This document shows positions 63,101 to 64,000 of a stretch of 64,000 nucleotides of DNA, piece by piece. Both the position numbers and the translations under genes were made by a program. This stretch comes from Tubulanus polymorphus (taxonomy: Eukaryota > Animalia > Nemertea). Within the stretch, counting starts at the first letter, position 1. Each line of letters starts with the position of its first letter. The stretch lies in the NCBI RefSeq assembly GCF_964204645.1, contig NC_134030.1:6552778-6616777 (forward strand), given 5' to 3'. The notes under the pieces were generated by a model. The model worked only from the letters and a program-made list of their open reading frames with translations. It did no database searches and was not told where the DNA came from.

Positions 63101-63831
63101 CAGACAATAAAATGATCCCCTTTCTGATTCTTATGTAAATTTGGAGAATTACTTAGTGTTTAGTTAATAGATTTTAAAGTGGTTACAAAATTACTTGCTT
63201 GATAATTAATAGACTTAAAAATAAATAATAGATACGTAGTAGTAGACCTAAAATTAATCTGGTAACCAAAGGCAAAGCTAAATTACTTGTAGAATTCAAT
63301 ATTATGGATTTTTTTTCAAAGAAACATGGGTGGGACGGGTGAAAATGGAAAAAAAAATGAAAAAACTAGAAAAATTTTCTACTAAACTTAGACCTAAGCG
63401 AGTTCAGGGAGCGTTACCGGACCCCTGGCAAGCGAGGAAGGTAAAGAAATGGAAGGGGTCCTGGGGAAAAATATGAATAAAAAATAAAAATTTGATGAAA
63501 GGGAAAGTGTTGAATTTAATTCAAATAATGAAAACTAATTTTGCCTATCAACCAAGAATTAAGATGGAAAAAAATTCTTTTTAAATTTATTTTTGTTGAA
63601 AAAAATTATAAAAGGTCTTATGAAATCACCAAGCAGAAAAGTATCAATGAAGAGATTTTCCTTTGTGTTTGGTTGATTACCAAGTGCTGGATCTCTATTC
63701 CCAAGTAGCTAATTCAAAAAATAAGGCATGATGAGTTAATTCAAATTGCATCAATAATGAAAAATTGCGAAAAAGGTTTTTTGATATCCTTTGGTGGAAT
63801 AATTGTGAAAATATTTCTTTTTCCAGTTGAA

Positions 63832-64000
63832 ATGTCTGATACAACCGAGGCTGAGATTGATGTGTGCAATATTGGTCCTGATGACAGCAGTTCGTTAGTC
63901 GACACACCTGCTCCGCTTAAAACACGATTTGTTCTACCTGAAAATGTCCCAGTTCTCAAATGTCCACATTGCCCGTATCAAGATCGATTACCATATAGTT
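63832..64000 (+). CDS. N-terminus of a C2H2 zinc-finger protein, truncated by the window end
   Basis: tttctttttccag acceptor ending 63826, gaaATG, open frame MSDTTEAEIDV...LKCPHCPYQDRLPYS running to the edge. Confidence 0.75.
   Translation, partial: MSDTTEAEIDVCNIGPDDSSSLVDTPAPLKTRFVLPENVPVLKCPHCPYQDRLPYS

Overview
AT-rich, intron-containing animal DNA, probably from an invertebrate (inference). The prokaryote-style ORF track mostly shows exon fragments with false starts, so gene models were rebuilt by hand from GT-AG sites and intron phases. (1) 447-17098 (+): a type I IgSF membrane protein with a Cys/Trp-less N-terminal V-like domain, 2 more Ig domains, a microexon-built stalk, a TM helix, and two alternative terminal exons that each carry two ITIM-type motifs. 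(2) 21330-25013 (-): two tandem secreted F-type lectin + PAN/Apple genes that both lack the fucose-binding His, plus two decayed copies nearby. (3) 32456-62103 (-): an echinoid-like IgCAM (5 Ig, Cys-rich FN3-like domain, TM, C-terminus ESGYSTP...VIYEVVV) with cytoplasmic microexons. (4) 26738-28510 (-): an orphan low-complexity terminal exon of about 590 aa, either an alternative echinoid tail or a separate gene. (5) The start of a divergent C2H2 zinc-finger gene at the right edge. Introns hold several MITE families, tRNA-derived inverted B-box elements, Penelope-type mini-hammerhead relics and LINE debris. No CRISPR array, rRNA or intact tRNA was found.
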